This document shows positions 60,080 through 64,000 of a DNA stretch of 64,000 nucleotides, in pieces (positions within the stretch are counted from its first letter, which is position 1; each line of letters begins with the position of its first letter). The stretch is from Geosiphon pyriformis uo1 (taxonomy: Eukaryota; Fungi; Glomeromycota). Position numbers and translations under genes: made by a program. The DNA is taken from the NCBI GenBank assembly GCA_016748015.1, contig JAAOMT010000697.1, positions 759,566-823,565 of the forward strand. The letters are read 5' to 3'. The notes under the pieces are model-generated. The model searched no databases, was not told the DNA's origin, and worked only from the letters and a program-made list of their open reading frames with translations.

Positions 60080-62711
60080 TTGCAAGTTTAATGAGTACAG
60101 TCCAACCACTATTTAAGTACATAAAATCAAAGGAGATTTCAAATTAAATGTGGTTCATGCTTTTTCTACATGTAACTGGACACTCGGCCCAATCAAGACA
60201 GCACTATACACATGCAGGAACTATTAAAGATATACTATTCAAAAAACTAAAGTCCAGCCTAGTGAGGCAAAGACACAAACTGAAACACATATGAATACCC
60301 AGCCTGAAACCAAAGTTGCAGATAACACCAACATCTTACAATTCTGGCAAACCAACAATTGATAACACGGCCAATCTGTCATGTGGCAAAAAATTGTGCT
60401 TCTTATAGAAGGCTTTTAATTTAGCAGCAGGCATCCAGATATCAGATCTGTAACTCTCAGCAAGATTATGGACCAGCTTGACTATTAAGCTGCTGCCAGA
60501 AGCCAAACCAAGACACAAAGCAGCATCTGACACCCAACTTTTTAGTACAAACCCCTTGGCCAACAACATGTAAAAGTCATCAGAAGATCCAGTCTCACAC
60601 AAAAATTGCATTACATTACCATCTACAGCAGACACTCCAGCCATCTTACACTACTCCACACCAATATTCGACAATATATTCAGCCTAGCAGCATCATCAT
60701 GTTTACACAAAAACAAGTGATCAGAATCCTCAACCACTTCACACCTAATGCACACTACACTAGAATATTTGTAATCATACAATCTTTTCTTCACAGCGAC
60801 TGGCAGGCAATGATGCAGAAACTTCATAAGGTAGAATCATAGAGAAGCAGAAAATGAGCCAGTATAACCAAAACAAATCTCACTATCTGGATGCCAGACA
60901 CTGAAGGACTTAGAAGAGTCAATGTTGCCAGCAAAATTAGCACCAACAATGTTGGTGCCAAATTTGGACTCCCAACCAATAAAATTGACAACATTGAACA
61001 AATTTCTAATAAAATGATGCACATTTTCAGAAACAGATCTATTCTCAACACTAAGGAAGCAACATAACATGCTCAGAGATAACACAAACTTAGACAAGGT
61101 TGCCGCATTCACAAAAAAATTTGCATGCTCATTTTCAATGATGCCTGAATGTTCTTTGACTTTCCTCCACATAACTGACAAATTCTTATCTGAAATAACT
61201 TGACAAATACACTCTTTCTCAATCCAGCATTTGCTTTGAAAATCAGAACCAAAACCACCCACTTCAAACTTGCATATATTCAACAAAGTCTGACTGTTCA
61301 TAAACAAGATAACCATGCTAGAGTCAAAAACACACTCCAATGCTAAAGCAATGGCCTGTAGCTCCATCAGCATAAAGAACAGTAAACCAAGAACTCTCAT
61401 ACCAATGTTCACGTCAGCTTTTGAAAAATAAGCTGCTGCACCACCACAGGCATTTATAAACCCCAAACTTTTGACAGAACCATTCATGTACACATCAATG
61501 AATCTATGCTCAAAGGCAAGCAACTGCTTAGAAACAAAACCAGTATTACAAACAACATTGCCAGAAGCAAGACGAGATGCCACAACCATGTCATTGTTCA
61601 AACTGCCACACTTAATAAAATCAGAGATGAAGACAAACCAGATAGAAATAGGATCTTTGGAATCAAGCCTTTTCCATTTGTGAAAAGTGTTCCAAGTGAA
61701 ACACTTGCTGCAATGATCCAACAGTTGGTTGGCAAAAATGAGACCATATTTCCTAAGAAACTTTCTCACACCCAGATAACTACTCACACCTAAAACATCC
61801 AGGATTGGCACACCAGACCCAGTTTTAAAAATGTTAAGAAGAATACCACACAAGGAAGTGTTGCACAAAGTGAGAGCGTGCGTAGCACCAGCCAAAAAAC
61901 AATTCAAAAGATTAATCGGTAACATGATCGGAAAACATAGAGGGTGCCAGGACATCCAGCTGGCTGCCTGTAAGTCCATCACTCTATGGTCAAGAAATCT
62001 GCTGAGAGTCTCACTCGTATTGTTAAAGTTGACCAGATTGGCCATCAAATTTTCAGTAAGCACCTGTTCAAAAGGCTTCAGGCCATACAACTTGGGATGA
62101 TGCAGTGCCATGCTAGGAAAGTCCTTAGGCAAATTTGCTTTGAGCTTAAGACTCCTTCTTAACAACTTGTCCCATTTTTCACAAACACTCTTAGAAGCAA
62201 AGCTAAACTGAAGTCTATAGCAAACAATAGGTTGTAGAACAGCAGAAACCAAATACAAAAATTGTTTTTCAGTAATTGCTTTTCTCAGAACCACATTTGA
62301 AAAAAATCTGACATCGGCATGAGCTTTGGCTAGACTCAACTTGGACAAGCTCTCAGTAGACAAAAAAATTCCCAAATAATGATAAGATTCACTTCTCTTA
62401 GCCACTGAAATTCTTGACCCACTAATGGATAACTCAGCCTTCTGGACACCTTGGTTAATAGGAATGGCAACAGTTTTATCAGTATTTATTGAAATATTAT
62501 TAATAGAAAAAAACTTACTAGCTATGTTCAAAATGTTTTGTGTTGTCATCAAGCAGTTTTCAATCCAAATTGTGTCATCAACAAATGCACCTACTGCGAA
62601 GAAAAAAGTTTTGCTATTATTTAGATCTGGCCTACCAGACCTAGTGTAAAAATTTGAGCACATTCTGTAACCATACAACTGTTCATGCTTTTTAACTTCA
62701 CAAAGCAATGG
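60079..62711 (-). mobile_element. LINE copy 7, 3' part of ORF2; RT interrupted by Gypsy element D
   Basis: 623-aa ORF: PLLCEVKK, AFVDDTIW, HYLGIFL, VYMNGS, ELQAIALAL, KEHSGIIENEHAN, WHPD; then CIRCEVVEDSDHLFLC and the 3' UTR. Confidence 0.92.
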
Positions 62712-64000
62712 TGTTACAGGTGACTATTTCTGATGTTGAATTAGATAACAAACCTGTAACTTGGTGCTCAAATCTAGTTGCAGTTGATAGTGATCTGAAG
62801 GTTTGTGTCTAACAGGTTGTATCCGAAAAGTTTGGTTGAGTTCTTTGTATAATGAACAGAGATTCAATGGTAATAGTTTTATCTATAGCTTCCTGAAACC
62901 GCAGTTTCGTCAATTTCTTTCTTAGCTTAATAGCTGGTATTCCTCCTGATAAGCTATCCTTAATCGAGTGTTCAACCCTTATTTCTGGGTCTTTTACCAG
63001 TTATGTTTATCTTGATGTTAGTACTCCATGCATTAATTCTCAATAGAATTAGTAAACAACAATAAAATCAAAGCAAAAAATAAAGAAAAAAAAAAAAAAT
63101 AAAGAAAAAAAAAAAAAAAAAAAAAAAAAAATAAAGAAAAAAAAAAAATAAGCCAAGGCAATTTACAAGTTAGTATTCCGTCAATAGCCATGATTAAGAG
63201 CTATTGTTCTAGTGTGGTTAAGTATCAATTATTATCAACATGAAGTGTTGATAGTGGCAGTAGGTTTGAGATAACAAACAGTTATTTATTTGTGGTTTGG
63301 AAAGTTGTCTAGATGAAATATAAACTGAAAGGTCTGTCTTTTTAGCTTTTAATCCTACTGCTATATATACATAATTGAGATTCCTCAATTCCTTAATTCT
63401 TCACAACAGGAATCTTGGAATTCCTGGAATCCTGCAATTCTTTTGAGAGGAATCCTGGAATTCTGGAATTCTGCAATTCTTTGTAAGAATCCTGTAATTC
63501 CTGGAATTCTACAATTCCTAAGAGAAATTCTGGAATTCCACATTTTACTACGTCTACTTCTGATTGGTTAATAACTATGCTAATATATATTCCCTATATT
63601 TCTATGAGTAACATTATTTCCTTTTTTTAATATTAAGCTCTGTCGAAATCTAACTTTGTTAATTCCTTTTCTTGAAGTATTTTCTGAATTTCATTTTTGA
63701 GAATTACTTGTGTTATTTAAGTCTATAATTCTTTAAATTAAGCATTGGTGATCTTTCCTAATTAATTACTGGTAACCATATTCATTGCTTTGTTGAGTAA
63801 GATTTCTGGTCGATCCTGAAATGCTGTGTATATTTGGTATATGGCTTGGATCTATGTGGATAAGTTGTTTTTTCTCACAAAATGTTCTAATTGTTGTAGT
63901 ATTCTTGTGTCGAATAATTGCTTTGTTTTATCTGTATATAGATTCTAGATATTTATGTGTTGTCCCAAGTAAAAATAACAATAGTTTCTTAGAAATTGTT
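62712..64000 (-). mobile_element. Ty3/Gypsy element D: 3' LTR (62712-63613), PPT and ORF3 C-half; continues beyond the window
   Basis: TGTTACA...GTAACA termini; PPT aaaaaaaggaaataa; ORF3 QFLRNYCYFYLGQHINI*...AIYQIYTAF; GGAATTCC-type array at 63380-63540; same LTR family as element 1. Confidence 0.9.

Noticed and set aside
59531-60109. 192-aa ORF with a poly-Asn tract
   Set aside because: Read-through of LINE 7's (TAA)n tail and LINE 6's 5' UTR into ORF1; the real start is 59899.
20067-62711. Absolute minus-strand bias of LINEs
   Set aside because: The seven recognisable copies are minus, but three are chained (not independent) and older relics lie on the plus strand.
63075-63149. Long poly(A) as a retrocopy tail
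   Set aside because: Expansion of the A-rich tract present at the homologous place in the other LTRs (3876-3903; 2766-2810 inverted).

Overview
This is eukaryotic, intron-rich, very AT-rich DNA from a fungus. The gene style and TE families suggest an early-diverging, Glomeromycotina-like lineage (resembling Geosiphon), but that is inference. Two small CpG-containing gene islands carry three + strand housekeeping genes: MED13 (22040-27698, 15 exons, one GC-AG intron), SMD3 (28244-28792) and CDC16/APC6 (46183-49470). The rest is decayed retroelements. (i) 1-19986 is a three-level nest of Ty3/Gypsy LTR elements, and a fourth element starts at 62712. They share an unusual layout: gag, protease, a Cys-rich module, dUTPase, RT/RNase H, an ATG-initiated integrase, a conserved extra ORF3, then PPT and LTR. 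(ii) Seven minus-strand RNase H-bearing LINE copies are present, two of them full length. They share a 5' hairpin, an ATGA ORF1/ORF2 overlap, a structured 3' UTR and often (TAA)n tails. (iii) Hyper-AT tracts are partly decodable as older LINE/LTR relics. The paired LTRs of one element differ by about 40 substitutions in about 365 bp, all C/T or G/A and mostly outside CpG, which suggests a RIP-like repeat-directed mutation process. All coordinates, alignments and counts were made by eye.
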